Below the pieces are notes generated by a model. The model ran no database searches. It worked only from the letters and a program-made list of their open reading frames with translations, and was not told the DNA's origin. A stretch of DNA of 64,000 nt from Negaprion brevirostris (Eukaryota): the NCBI GenBank assembly GCA_030324005.1, contig JARDVH010000084.1, positions 91,356,867 to 91,420,866 on the forward strand. The letters are read 5' to 3'. Both the position numbers and the translations under genes were made by a program. Positions within the stretch are counted from its first letter, which is position 1; every line of letters begins with the position of its first letter. Shown here in pieces: positions 49,716 to 63,190 of the stretch.

Positions 49716-52506
49716 AGTTAGAGAGATAATAGGTAGGAAGACATAAATGCAGATTATATGAGACAGAAGGAAAAGCAGGCCAAGGATTGAACCGTGCATA
49801 AGGAAGAGGGTGAGAAACGGGCTGCGGGGGACGGGGAGGGAGGAGGGAGGGAACGACAGAGAGAAAAAAAAAGCGTGGCCAACTTCATCGTACCGTCATA
49901 AGCGAGTAGTATGGATAAAACTGACCTCCAAAATGCCTCTTTAAATTGGCAGCCTATCTCAGGAACTGAATGATTTCGTGCCAAGCAAACGCTGCAAGGT
50001 TTTCCCACATTTATCACAATCATTTTGCATACTCACGATTTGTTAAAACACCTGCAACGGTAATCATTATCAGAGGTATTAACACTGTCTTGCTTGTCAT
50101 GTGAGTGTCCAAGAGTCCATTTTGAAATGATTAACTGTATACAATTTTGATAAACTATCCCACCGACATTTCACACTGCTAATTTATGTTGAGACGTGCG
50201 GCATTATGTGTATTTTTGCTCGACTGTTGCTTGGCCTAATTTTATGGGAGAAAAATGGGAAGGAAGGCAAGTGACGTAGATGAGCATTCAGATATATGGA
50301 TGGCAAATACGTAAATTAAAAACCACTGTCTAATAGTAACTGTCTAATAATTACTGCTAATTCATTTAACATGTAGCCATTCTCCTGATATCGCATCGTT
50401 CTGAAAAAAAAAACACTTACTGTCCATCCCTAATTAAGCACCCAAACTTGAATGCAATTTAATTGTTCGTTAGGCGAATTTTGAAGGCGGTTTAGGGTCA
50501 ATACGTTGGAATTGAGATCAGGATGAGGTATATGCCGCATTAGCTGAGAACGCCAACGTTTCTGTTCAGTCGTACATGATCGACTTGACTAATATTGATT
50601 CCCTTGTCGATGACTTGTCATTCACCTGGCACGAGATGCTCATTCACTTTATAGGACACTCAATATCTGAAGCACGGTTGGGTAAGAGTTAAATAATATA
50701 ACTAATGAACATAAATATGCTTTTTAGAATTAAAAGAACGCAATCTTCTACAATGAAAATAAATCCACTGAAATAATTTGATGGAAATGCATTGGCAAAT
50801 GATTAAGTCATAATGTTGTAAGTACAAATGTCTTTCTAAAACACATTTTTATCTTGACAAACTAGAGTCCTTCCCTCAGAGGGGGATGATAACAAAAACG
50901 TTGAAATTAAGTATTATAGTCCTTTTACCATCTCATTGATAATGATGTATAAGAATTCATTTACTGTGAAAGACAATGTCAACATGTCCGATGGTTAGAA
51001 TACAGTCTTGGTACAATTAGGGTTGGTCTACGATTTTGCCCTGTGCAAGCTCGCTGGTTTATCTAATACCTAGATCAGAAACTTGAGAATATGTCATATT
51101 CATTTCAGCATAATGTACAACAATATTTTTTGGACTCCTATTTTCTCTTTCGAAATATGAATTGTAACAACTGTCCATATAGCATATGAACTGATAAACA
51201 TTGCCTCATTCCTCAATAATCACTTCATTTAAAGTATCCATCTGCATGACGATACTCGTCACATGAAACTAATCAGAATCTTCAGTCCTTTTTCAATTTT
51301 TGTTCCTGGAATGAAGTTTCCGACCATATTTCTGAAATTGTTTCGCGGCTGAATGTCGGTGCTATAATTTCATCGTTGCTTATCATTTGTCGTCTCTGTC
51401 ATGGACACCCAAATTCAAACTGTCGATCGGATATAAAGACTACTCCCTTGGAACCTCAATATGCTTCATCGAATCTTTCTGAAGTGCCGCATCATTTTCG
51501 TCCAGACAGCTTTGCTGAAAAGAAAATAGCCTTTAGCTTCGCAAAATTTCACTGGCACACTCCACTTCCCTCGACTAGCATCACCAGACCTCAATTTACC
51601 ACTTTCCTATATTTTTAGGCGCTCTTCAGGGTGCTACATGAAAATGACATTTTACTACATTCACAAATTTACCAGTGTTGTCAAGTATATGTGGGTATAA
51701 ATGGTTATACTACTCNNNNNNNNNNNNNNNNNNNNNNNNNNNNNNNNNNNNNNNNNNNNNNNNNNNNNNNNNNNNNNNNNNNNNNNNNNNNNNNNNNNNN
51801 NNNNNNNNNNNNNNNNNNNNNNNNNNNNNNNNNNNNNNNNNNNNNNNNNNNNNNNNNNNNNNNNNNNNNNNNNNNNNNNNNNNNNNNNNNNNNNNNNNNN
51901 NNNNNNNNNNNNNNNNNNNNNNNNNNNNNNNNNNNNNNNNNNNNNNNNNNNNNNNNNNNNNNNNNNNNNNNNNNNNNNNNNNNNNNNNNNNNNNNNNNNN
52001 NNNNNNNNNNNNNNNNNNNNNNNNNNNNNNNNNNNNNNNNNNNNNNNNNNNNNNNNNNNNNNNNNNNNNNNNNNNNNNNNNNNNNNNNNNNNNNNNNNNN
52101 NNNNNNNNNNNNNNNNNNNNNNNNNNNNNNNNNNNNNNNNNNNNNNNNNNNNNNNNNNNNNNNNNNNNNNNNNNNNNNNNNNNNNNNNNNNNNNNNNNNN
52201 NNNNNNNNNNNNNNNNNNNNNNNNNNNNNNNNNNNNNNNNNNNNNNNNNNNNNNNNNNNNNNNNNNNNNNNNNNNNNNNNNNNNNNNNNNNNNNNNNNNN
52301 NNNNNNNNNNNNNNNNNNNNNNNNNNNNNNNNNNNNNNNNNNNNNNNNNNNNNNNNNNNNNNNNNNNNNNNNNNNNNNNNNNNNNNNNNNNNNNNNNNNN
52401 NNNNNNNNNNNNNNNNNNNNNNNNNNNNNNNNNNNNNNNNNNNNNNNNNNNNNNNNNNNNNNNNNNNNNNNNNNNNNNNNNNNNNNNNNNNNNNNNNNNN
52501 NNNNNC

Positions 52507-53070
52507 CCTTAATGAATCTGTGCTGCGCCTGCTCGATCAAACCATTCTTTTCTAGGTGCCTCGCTATTTCTTCTTTGTGCCTTTGTGTGTTTGTGTCATC
52601 CACAAACTTGGCAATAGTACATTCACTTCTCTCGTTCAAATCTTTATTATATATTTTACACAATTTTGGCCCGGCATGGATGCCTGTGCACTCCAGGTGT
52701 TACTCACTGCCATCATGAAAATGCATGACTTATTCCTAATCTGTCCTGCATCAGATAGATAATCCTCCATCCATGATAAAATACTACTTCTAACATCATG
52801 GGCTCTTATCTCATTAGTTAGTTTTTGTGCAGTATCTTGTCAAGTGCTTTTAGGAAATCTAGCCATATTAAATCTACTGGTTGCTCTTTGTTCTTCCTGC
52901 TCACTGCCACCTCAAAGGACTCTAATACATTTGCCAGGCATGATTTCCCCTTTCATAATGTTAAGCTGACTCTGTTTGAGTATAATGCATTTCTAATGAC
53001 TGTGCTATAATGGACTCTAGCATTTTCCCACTGAGAGATGTTAAGCCAACTGGCCTATAGCTGCTTACTT
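52507..53070 (-). mobile_element. CR1 RT fragment
   Basis: Minus CTIAKFVDDT and YLDFLKALDK-like sequence. Confidence 0.85.
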
Positions 53071-53579
53071 TCAAGATAGAACCTTGTCTGGTTATGTACC
53101 TGGCCCAGAACATTAAAGGTACGCTGAAGAAACTTTCCGAATTGGAACCAAGAGGAGAAATTATTTCTGAAAGACGATATTTCGGCTCGACTTGAAGGCT
53201 GCACGCAATGTAGCTCTAAATATAGCTACTTTGGTTGGAGTAATTACTGTTGCGGACTTTTGCGTGACGAACAGCTGTAGAAAAAAACTCGATCAAGTAT
53301 ACTCAGAAAACAGCGAGAGAACAGCATGCGTTAACGTTTCATTCATTAGGGGGAAAACGATATAAACACTTACGTATTGTTTTCTCTGTCATATCAGCTT
53401 TTAATTTAAAAAAAGTAGAGAGAATTGCACACTAGTTTTCAGAATACAACCACGGTCCAATTTTAGGCACCTGGCGCAGGAAGCTGCCAACAGCCATGAT
53501 ATTACAACAAAACAAATTAATAGCAGAACTAGCAGCCAAAATGTTTTGTAAAAAGAATGTAAACAGATTTTATAAAATG

Positions 53580-56500
53580 CAGCAACAACTAACATGTACA
53601 TAGCACCTTAAAGTTAGCACTAAGTCTCAAGGCGCTTCACCCGAACATTATCAATCAAACCTTCAGAAAAAGTAACAGGCAAAATCAACAAATCTTTACT
53701 CAAAGTGACCAGATTTGTAGATTCCGTGGTGGAAGAGTAACAGAGAGACAAAGCAGTTTTGACAGTGTATTCCGGAGATTGGGGATTTAATAACTGACGA
53801 AGTTTCTGCTAATGATAGAGCAATGAAAATCGGAAATGCTCAGATAAGTAAAACTAACAAGACGCAGCAGATATCTCAGCGGATTGTCAGATATACATAA
53901 TTAGAGGCTTAGGCAGGGACAACGAAATTGATGGATTAAAAAATAAGACTACAATTTTAAAATCGAGACGTTGCTTACCAAGGAACCGATGTAGATCAGC
54001 GATATCAAGATGGAAGTGTGAATATTACCAGATGGGCAGCTGAGCTTTGGCCAAGCTCAGGTTTGGGGACAGTAAAACCTCGGGTTGCAGACAGGAGCAC
54101 TTTTGAAAATTCAATTCTGAAGGCATACATAATTCAGCAGTTGATGAACTATTGCAGGGTGAAGTTGTCTATCTGGTGGAGGTGAAATAAGCACCTGAGT
54201 GGCAGATACATATGTTTGGAAGCTTACCCCGGGGTCGAATAANNNNNNNNNNNNNNNNNNNNNNNNNNNNNNNNNNNNNNNNNNNCCAATTGAATGGGGT
54301 GGGTTTGGCAAAAATGTATGGAGTATGAGCAGGGATTAACTAAAGGCACCGGTCTCCCAAATATTTTGTTATACAATCCAGCTTTCCAGTATCGGATGGT
54401 AAATAGATAGTCGCACAGTTCAGAGGCATATGTTGGAATGAAAGTGATTGCGCTCATGTGTAGTTAGTGTCAATATCACGTAGAAAAGTGACATTGTGTT
54501 TTCAGATGGTGCCACTGAGGGGCCGGATGTAAATGAAAAATAGGAGCTGGCCAAGCCTAAATCCCTGAAGTATATCAGGTATGATGATAAGGAACTGGAG
54601 GAAACAGCAGTGCAACTATTTCATTGATTACAATAATGCAGTTAAGTGGAACGTGATGAAAGCAATCCCAATCAACTGAGCTGCTGTGCAGAAGATGAGA
54701 TGGACGCAAGGGCAGATAACAGTATGCATGGTTGTAGGTATGTCGGAAAGTACGAGCAGGAATAGATTGACGTTTCTGCAGTCGCATAAGATGTCATCAG
54801 TGTGTTTGACTGCGAGAGCAGTACAGCACTGTGTCGTAAGTGGATGGAAACAAAGTTAACGGGCAACAATAATTTCTAGAGCTTTTCAGCCGAAAGTGAA
54901 ATAGAAGATGGGGAAGTAAGTTTCAAGGATGTTGGAATCTATTTTTCTTCTTGTGGAGATTCATGATGACGGCATGTTACAAGGGGACTGGCACAACTTT
55001 GAATAGGACCGTAGAATCCCTAGTGCAGAAGGAGGTCATTAGCTTCAGCGAGCCTGCACCGACAATAATCCCACCCCATCCCATAACCCCACGTGTTATA
55101 CCATCCTAGTCCCCTTGACACCAAGCAGNNNGAAGTATGGCCAATCAAAGTAACTTGTACATCTTTGAATTCTGGGTGAAAACCGGAGCATCGGGAGGAA
55201 GACCAGGCAGTCACCCATGGACAGAATTGAAGGCAGCAGTGCTAAGCAGTGTAGAGAGCTGTGAGGTGCTTCTCAGGATTGTTTATGGTGATGATGCAAG
55301 CTCTGGTTATCTATGATTTTCAGGGCGATCAGGGAATAATGAACAGTTGTGGCACGCGAGATCAAGACCCAAGAGGGCTCCATTTTGTTTAACCAGACTT
55401 GATCGTCAGTGTCCAATCCTGTTGTTCACAGCTGCAATTTTGACTGCAGTTGTGAATTCTAAACGATTTTGAAGATAGCTTTATCTTGGCAGACACATGG
55501 TCAGAATATTGGAATAGAGAACAGGGATGTGGTTGTCGAGTGACAAGGAGACGTTTCATCTCTGATGGGATGGGTATCGAGATTTCGTGAAATGATAAGG
55601 CATATGAATGGACGTGAATATGTCTTGCGGAATTTACTTGCAAGGGGAGATTGAGCGATGATTGGAGGTCAATAAACTCAGTGGAGAGGGAATGACATGA
55701 TGAATTGATTTACTTTTATGTGATCGAAGGTGATAAATTGTTCGATGTAGAGGCTGAATGAATACATCAATGTAGTTATGTGATTGAAAAATTGCAAGGT
55801 AGCTTTGGCGGGCTGTAAAGGGTGAATGAGGACAGAGAACGGGAAGTGAGAGAAGTGGAACAAGGTGAAATGCCGAGATGAAATGTAGCTGCTGGGGACT
55901 GGCCCCGAAGGGATTCAGTATAAAAATCAGATTGTTTCCACGGCAACCTGCGAGAAAATGGAGGAAGTCACAACCACACAGTGAGGCAACATTTGGGCAA
56001 AACATTGTAGTGCTAAGAAGCCGAATTTCTATTCCAACGATGCGAACAACACAAGCATCCGTTGAAACTTCATTAATGACACGAGTGTTCCGGTTACCTG
56101 GAAGACAAAATGGCAAACAGTGCCAATGTCCAATGTTCGGCGGGCAGAGTCCACAGACTTAACACGCAATGGGCAGTTCGAATTGAATGAAATTGGCAGA
56201 GCTGTACCCCGCGAGTTCATTGGGTATGAAACTCGATGACAGGAAAGGGTTAGGCGGTCGAGGCCGTTGCTCATGAGGAAGTAACAAGAAGTCCTATGCT
56301 CCGTGATTGTGAGTATTGTTATAGACGCAGGTGGAAAAACAGCAGGTTCAACAAATACGAAATAGAGTCATAGGGTCGTAGAGGTTTACATCATGGAAAC
56401 AGGCCCTTCAGCCCAACTTGTCCATGCTGCCCTTTTTTAAACCCTTAGACTAATTCTAATTGCCCGCATTTGGCCTATGTCCCTCTATACACATCGTGAC

Positions 56501-58200
56501 TATCTAAATGTTTTTCAAAAGATGAAATTTTACCCCTCTACTACTATCTCAGACAGCTTGTTCCAGACACTCAGCACCCTCTGTGTGAAAAAAAATGCCC
56601 TTCTGGACACTTTTGTATCTCTCCCCTCTGACATTAGTTTTAGAGTCCCCTAACTTTGGGAAAAGGTATTGACTATCTACCTTGTCTATGCCCCTCATTA
56701 TTTTATAGACCTCTTTTAGGTCGCCTCTCAGCTTCCTACGCTCCAGAGAAAAAACGTCCCAGTGTATTCAGCCTCTCCTTATAACTCAATCAATCAAGTG
56801 CCGGTAGCATCCTAGTAAACCTTTTCTGCACTCTTTCTAATTTAATAATATCCTTTCTATAATAGGGTGACCAGGATTGCACGCAGTATCCCCAGTGTGG
56901 CCTTACCAATAACTTCTACAATTTCAACAAGACATCCCAACTCCTGTATTCAGTGTTCTGACTAATGAAGCCAAGCAAGCCGAATGCCTTCTTCACCACT
57001 CTGTCCACCTGTGATTCCAGTTTCAAGGAGTTATGGACATGTACCTCTAGATCTCTTTGTTCTATCACTCTCCCCAACGCCCTACCATTAACTGAGTACG
57101 TCTTGCCATTCTTCAATCTACCAAAATTCATCACCTCGCATTTAGCTAAATTAAACTCCATCTGCCATTCGTCAGCCCAGTGGTCCAATTGATCAGGATC
57201 CCGTTGCAATTCGAGATATCTTTCTTCATGTCCACTATGCCACCAATCTTGGTGTAATCTGCAGACTTACCAACTATAGCCCCTATGTTCTCATCCAAAT
57301 CATTAATATAAATGACAAATAACAGTGGGCCTAGCATTGATCCCTGAGGCACAGCGCTCCTCAGTCACAGGTCTCCAGTTTGAAAAACAAAAATCTACAA
57401 CCATCATTTAGGTACCTCACTCTGGATCCCGTGAGGTTTAACTTTATGCAACAATCTACCATGCGGTACCATGTCAAAGGCCATGCTAAAGTTCATGTAG
57501 ACAAATGATGTCTGTGATGGTAGTAAAGGAAAATAATGAGAAGCACTGAAAAGTTGGGGTGAGCATTTGACTATGCCTTATTGGAGATTTCATAGGACGC
57601 GAGAGTCAGGAGAGAGGTGCGTAGGTGTTTGAAGAGACCATAGGACGTGGGAGCAGAAGTATGTCATTTGGTTCATCTAACCTGGAGAAATAAACGAATT
57701 TTGAAATGAAAGTGATGGGCACTGTTCCGGAGTGGCAACCAGAGTGTGAGCATGAATGCACATATGGAGATCCCAAATAATCCGGCTAGGTGGCAGAATA
57801 TTTTGGAAATGAACACCGAATAGAGAATGGACCTGGGGAATAATTCCGTTGGGAGATGCAGGAAATCCGATCGCGGATGAAGCTGAAGTGGGCAGTGTGG
57901 TGTCAAAATGGCGTATCAGCGAATTTCTGCCCAAGTTTTGAGTTGGATGCGGCAGAACAACAAAGTTCTGACGCGACTTGAAATGTTGAGTATTGGAACG
58001 TGCACTCGTAGACGCAGCTCAGTGGAATTAAGATCCAGGAGGTGTGCATATTCTGTTGTGGAGCAGAAAAATAAGTTACACATCACCTTACAATCCAAAG
58101 GCAGTAGATAAGTATACATTGATAAATATACAACAGTGAATTGCCTTGTGAGGGTCTCCCCCCACCACTGTCATCACATGAGCCATCTTGAAAATCCTTG
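53580..58200 (-). mobile_element. Old L2 LINE, with nested SINE (~55010-55250) and CR1 (56362-57505)
   Basis: L2-type 3' end catgtacatagcacctta..caaggcgcttcac at ~53593-53640; PQG/YADD-region remnant at 57720-57850; purine-rich plus strand throughout. Confidence 0.7.
56362..57505 (-). mobile_element. CR1 RT + 3' end (younger)
   Basis: PQGSMLGPLLFVIYINDLDE..ADYTKIGG; WADEWQMEFNLAKCEVMNFG. Confidence 0.97.
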
Positions 58201-60004
58201 CCTAAAGCTCACGTTTGATGAAAGCCATCACAGATGAAGGAAAATCTGAGACCCAGTGAACGAACAAGCCAATTGAAATTAAATCTAATCACATTCAAAA
58301 TGTTTTGCAAATGTATGGTTGCTAGTTGTGCTTCTCTGCTCATGGCTACTTCTACTTTCGTCGTGGACAGGACAGCGAATTCGCCACACCAAAATGTTAG
58401 CGACACCAAATATACTGACATCGAAGTAATTTACCAGGTTTTAGCAATATTTATATGCTACCATATTCAATGTCAAACAACACAATGTTCTGGTTGTTGA
58501 TATTCCGAACGTAACCCGTTTTGATGCTTGCTGCAGTTATTATTGAGAGATTTGGCCATTGTGCTTAAATCTGGAAGAGAAGGACCAGAAAATTTCCCCA
58601 TTGCAGGATGGAAATTGCTTTGCAGCCATTGCAAAGCAGCACATTGATGCGTTCGGTGTAACAATTCAATGATGTATGTTAATACACTTACAATATTGTA
58701 AATAGCAACAGAATAAAACCGCGCCATTAATTGCGGTGAGTTGCATTCTAATGCATAACTTTCATGCATTCAGTGGTTGTCTGCATCGTGCTATTGCACA
58801 GTTCCTCTTGTCTATTGCCTTCTTGCTTTCCGGAAAATTTTCTTTCAGGACAGCATAATGCAACAATACAGGAATTTATATTGGCAATGTTATCGGAGGA
58901 ATATATCCCCAGTTGGAAAGAAGAAATGATTTTCGTAAGGTTAGCAGGTATAATATTGTGCAAAACCATTTGTTTAGATTCATCATCTAAATATATTCAT
59001 ACCATATGGTTCGCCGGCAGGGATAACATTTTCCAATGGTAGCAGAGCAAACTGCGTTTCAATTCAATTATTTGGGCTTCTGTCAAATGACCGATGATAC
59101 TGACGAATTATGCATTCAGTGTAATTCAATAATCAGATGATAGCAATAAATTTGAGATGGTTTGAAGAGCTGTCCCCAGTTACTTTCAAGCTTAATTTCT
59201 GCTGTTTGCGAGGATAGTAATCTAATGTAGTTGAAAGATGTCTAAATGCATTAATTGTTACAATACAAAATAAAAATACACCCGACATGGAAATTGCTGG
59301 AGTGGCCACTATTTGTGTCACTTGAAATATAAGAGGGAACAATTAGACAGCCGTGATTTACATTGACTAAAATTTTCGATTTCTATCCTTTCATTTGAAA
59401 GGCATTGGATTTATCTTTAAATTGCAGCTTTATCTTTGGTCATGGAAGATTGCGACATTCTTTCTTTCCCATCCACTTTTCCGGAAGTGCTTATATGCTG
59501 AACACGAGGCCTCTGGCCTGTAGCTGGCGATATGGAGCGCGAACCTGCGTTCTGCGGCCTTGCGCGCAAATAGATGAGCTTTGTTCTTTCAATTTTCCAA
59601 GGCAGCGCCATAGTTTCAAATGGGAAAAAATACGTTCGGCAAGATTAACTGCACGAGTTATGATATACTTACCTTGCTCCTTTGAAGAAGTGCCAACGAC
59701 TGAAATCAAGAAAGAATCAAGTGTGAGTGAAAATTGATGCTCCATTTGAATACACATTTTTCAGGAATTAGGATTCGCAGCTTGGTGTGAAATGTCGTAA
59801 TATTAAAATAAGAATTAACGATGCAAATTAAAATAAGTTTCAGACTTCAACTTAGCTTCTTTCATATGTTAGCCAACATTATTTCATATATTATAGCCAT
59901 TAATGTAAACATGAACATGTATGGTAGTCGCGTTTTTTAAAAGAACAAACCAAAATAAATTGATTTGTCCAAACACTGCATTGAGAAAATAATGATGAAA
60001 GTAG

Positions 60005-60290
60005 TTGATGGAAGCTGTTGAGAGGGTTCAGAGGAGATTTACAAGGATGTTGCCTGGACTGGGAGGCATGCCTTATGAGGCTAGGNNNNNNNNNNNNNNN
60101 NNNNNNNNNNNNNNNNNNNNNNNNNNNNNNNNNNNNNNNNNNNNNNNNNNNNNNNNNNNNNNNNNNNNNNNNNNNNNNNNNNNNNTGGGAATAGTGGGAT
60201 ACAAACGAATGGTATAGTTAGGAACACATGTTCGGTGCAGGCTTGGAGAGTGAAGGGCCTGTTCCTGTGCTATATTGTTCTTTGTTCTTT
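60005..60290 (+). mobile_element. CR1 3' fragment spanning a gap
   Basis: EAVERVQRRFTRMLPGL; tail aagggcctgttcctgtgct..gttctttgttct. Confidence 0.92.
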
Positions 60291-60639
60291 GTTTAGGATT
60301 CGGCCAGCTGGGTAGCAGTTCTGCTGCGGAGGCACACCTGTTAATGGGCATTGAAGTCCCCAGCCAGAATTCATCATGCACACTTGTTTCCCTCAAGGTT
60401 TCTTACAAGTGGTGTCTTACATTTTGGAGTACCAATTCATCGGCGAAGGTAGGATGGTAAGTAGCAAATGATGGATTTCCTCTTTTTACTCGAAAACACA
60501 AACTTAGCATATATTCAATTTGCTAAATGTAAGTTATTTGCACGAAGTTTCGATAACAAATGTGTAGTATTGGAGAGAAAGTCTTGCCTTCCTTTATTCC
60601 TTCTTGCAGCATCTGGTTCACTGCCTACGGCACAATTAA

Positions 60640-61260
60640 TTGTCTATTCCTAATTGGCTTTGATAAGGTGATGGTGTGCTGCCTTTTTGATCATTCTGCC
60701 AATGCTTTGAAAGTGCAGTCGCGGTGTTGATAGGGAGAGAGTTGAAGGATCTTGATCAACTGTGGGATCTTTCCAAGTCAGGTTGGTGAGTGGCTTGGAG
60801 GGGAGCGTCCAGAAAGATAAAAACAAATTTGCATGAGTAATTTGTTTTTATCTTTCTAGATGGCAGCGGTCTTGGGTGTGCAATGTACTGTCTGAGGAAT
60901 CTCGGTGATTTCCAGCAGTGCATCTTCTAAATTGGGCACAGTGCTGCTGCTGTTCGTCGTTGATGCTGGGAGTGAATGTTTGTAGATTGTGCACCAGAAT
61001 AAACGCACTACTTTGTCCCAGAAAGTGTTAAACTCCTTGTTTGTTTTTGTGCTCCGATCACCCAGAAGTTTGACAGTATTCCTTTAAACATCTGAATTGA
61101 GTCATGTAAATGGTGGAGGGGCTTTGGCAAGTCATGCAGTAAAATACTCGACGCTGGGATCTTAGCCTCTGACCTGCTTTTGGAGCAAGGGTATGCGTGT
61201 GGATAGTTCTGCTTCGTTCCTGGCCATTGATCACACCCATATGTTGATATAGCAATAGTG
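60640..61260 (-). mobile_element. LINE 3' portion (12640 family)
   Basis: ttccaagtcaggttggtgagtggcttggagggga; cagtgcatcttc. Confidence 0.8.
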
Positions 61261-61469
61261 TCAGATTGTCTCTCTACTTCTTCAGAGTTTTCAAACTGGA
61301 ATGGCTATAATGATACAGTAGTTGACGTGCCAAAGTGCCAAAAATATTCAGAAATCAAAAGCTCCAGTGTTCTTCTTTATTCTTGTTTCCTTTCATTATG
61401 GCTGAACACAAATGGAACCGCCCATCAGTTGTAACTAGTGAACTCGACTGTGATTTATTTCATTCACAA

Positions 61470-61747
61470 AGCTAAAGTTAACGTTTATTCATCGTAAGTA
61501 GGCTTACATTATCACTGCAATGAAGTTACTGTGAAAACGCCCCAGCTGCGCGCCTATTTGGGTACAAATGAGGGATAAGTTAGCATGGCCAATGTACTAA
61601 ACCAGCACGTACCACAGAAGAAGCACACGCAGGCAGTGGGAGTACGAGCAAACTTCACAAAGACGCGATCACCACAAGCCATGAATCGAACCCCGGTCCT
61701 TCGTGCTGTGAGGCAGCAATGCTAACCACTGTGCCACTGTGCTGCCA
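61470..61747 (-). mobile_element. HE1-head SINE
   Basis: aagtaggcttacattatcactgcaatgaagttactgtgaaaa tail; gtgaggcagcaatgctaaccactgtgccac head. Confidence 0.92.
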
Positions 61748-62329
61748 ATGGCGATATTTGCATGGCAGATATTGCAATTTTGGAGGCCTCTTGATAATAT
61801 TTCTTGCATGACTACACATAACAGAATATCTATCGTGTGTTTCCTCACATCATTGCCCACAAAGATCTACAACGTCCAAGGTCTTAACAACTACTGAATA
61901 GCAATCAGCAGCAATACTTCGTGATTATATTTGACTTGATATACAATGGGTCTTACGGCCTCGGTAATACATCTCCCTTATTACAATGCACCAATTTCAC
62001 CCAAAATGCCGGACTCTGCTCTTCCTGTTAAAATTATCTCAAAAATAATGCGTGCGCTTTAGTGGTAAGCATAATATCCACCTATTCATTTGTTCATACT
62101 TTATTATGAGAGATGATTGTTGAAATAAGTTTGACAGAGAGATGCTATAATTGCTATTTACGAATGATACAGAATTTTACAATGTGGCATGGTATCCAAA
62201 CCTACCCAACTGACATGGTTAAACAGACTTCTCATTGCCATTCTTCCGCACTTCTACTCTTCGTAAGTACACTTCCTTTAAAATAAATCCGTTGATTTCT
62301 TTCGGATTAGGGACCTAATGACAGTATTT

Positions 62330-63190
62330 CTTTCGAAAAATTACGAATGCAAAGACGTAGACGAGCTCAGCAAGATCTGCAGAGAACAGTGAAGTCAGAA
62401 CTGAAGACAGGAGGGAGCAGTTATTTGCTTCAGAATAGTCTCTGGTAGCGGTTGATTCTGGCAGCAAAAAGGGCGGTCGTATTTGGAGGCTTGTGTCGCA
62501 TTCAACTGGAGAATCCGAACCATCTTTCAGAAATTAGAGTTTAAATCAGCAGCTTATGTGCCATTCTCACGGTGGAGAGCAGCGTGGAGTGCAATTTCTA
62601 TGGAGCCGCGGTCTTGGGACATATGCCGTGAGAGAAATCGGTCTAATGAATTTAATGATAATGCTCTGGTCTTCATTTTTTTCAAGGAAAGGTAACCGCC
62701 AATAATGAAGCCAGAGACATGCCAGGCCCGAGATCACAGGATCAGAGTTGAAACGCAGTTCTTTAGGTGATCAGGTATCAAATTAGTTTTCAGTTTCACG
62801 CATTCGTTTTCCTTGAAATGGGACAGGAGTTTAACCATGCTAATTTTAAGGCCTAATTCGTTTACCTAATATGCTTTGCTACAAATAACAGTTGTGGAGT
62901 ATTCAAAACTTTAAACTGTAATTAGTTAAATGAAAAAATAAAAGTACGCACAGCAGGCAGATGATAGATGGCAAATGTGACACTTGCGTGTTGGTGGACG
63001 CCAGTATGATCCACAGCAATCACATTTGCAGCAATTCGTCATCGGCTTGAGGAACGTCAATTCAGGCTTGATGAACTAAAGTCTGAACTTCGGACACTGC
63101 CGAGGGAGCAAGTATTTAGGAAGGCAAATNNNNNNNNNNATTGGGCGCAAGGAGCTAGAGTATAAAAGCAGCAAAGTACTTCTACAGTTT
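62330..63190 (+). mobile_element. CR1 5' UTR/ORF1 start, gap, short ORF2 piece
   Basis: LVDASMIHSNHICS..RLDELKSELRTL (ORF1); ARS*EYKS-like piece after the gap. Confidence 0.75.

Larger units (their letters stand above)
41661..50333 (+). pseudogene. ADGRA3-like: ADGRA2/3-like adhesion GPCR pseudogene, copy 5 (candidate ATG 41661 to fossil PDZ motif KTTV*)
   Basis: FACS..ILPASSFIL*TV (~41811; VVCS..VLPPDTLPNRTV), LKC..MPS..G..FKC (42893-43015, Ig), DVIWFN (~43067; QVLWYQ), YEWP (43136; FRWP), QVFVD (~44648; DVMVD), HGEGY* (~46213; NGQGGW), IICIIMLIASN (~46365; LLCLLAVIVSY), STSIICGMKNR (~46998; STLLWMGVKAR), RKLKTTV* (50310-50333; WKHETTV*). Confidence 0.85.
50540..59730 (+). pseudogene. ADGRA3-like: ADGRA2/3-like adhesion GPCR pseudogene, copy 6 (TM1-3 not recognised; split by CR1 and ~4.6 kb L2)
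   Basis: KYAF* (~50714; GAFW), KCLSKTHF (~50826; GCLNADIF), EFIYCE..VRWLE (50953; EYLLCD..HRWVK), KFHW (~51544, HRM), VMYLAQ (53091; VLWLAQ), ARNVAL (53201; same as recalled ADGRA2 motif), NCTLVFR (53423; DCTLQLLVFR). TM4-7 at 58290-58860 is homologous to copy 4 (FWLLIFRT, AVII, WLSASCY). KKESSV at ~59708 resembles KHETTV. Confidence 0.85.

Noticed and set aside
50206-50275. Signal-peptide-like MCIFARLLLGLILW as start of copy 6
   Set aside because: It lies upstream of the KTTV* end of copy 5, so it is inside that tail; probably coincidental.
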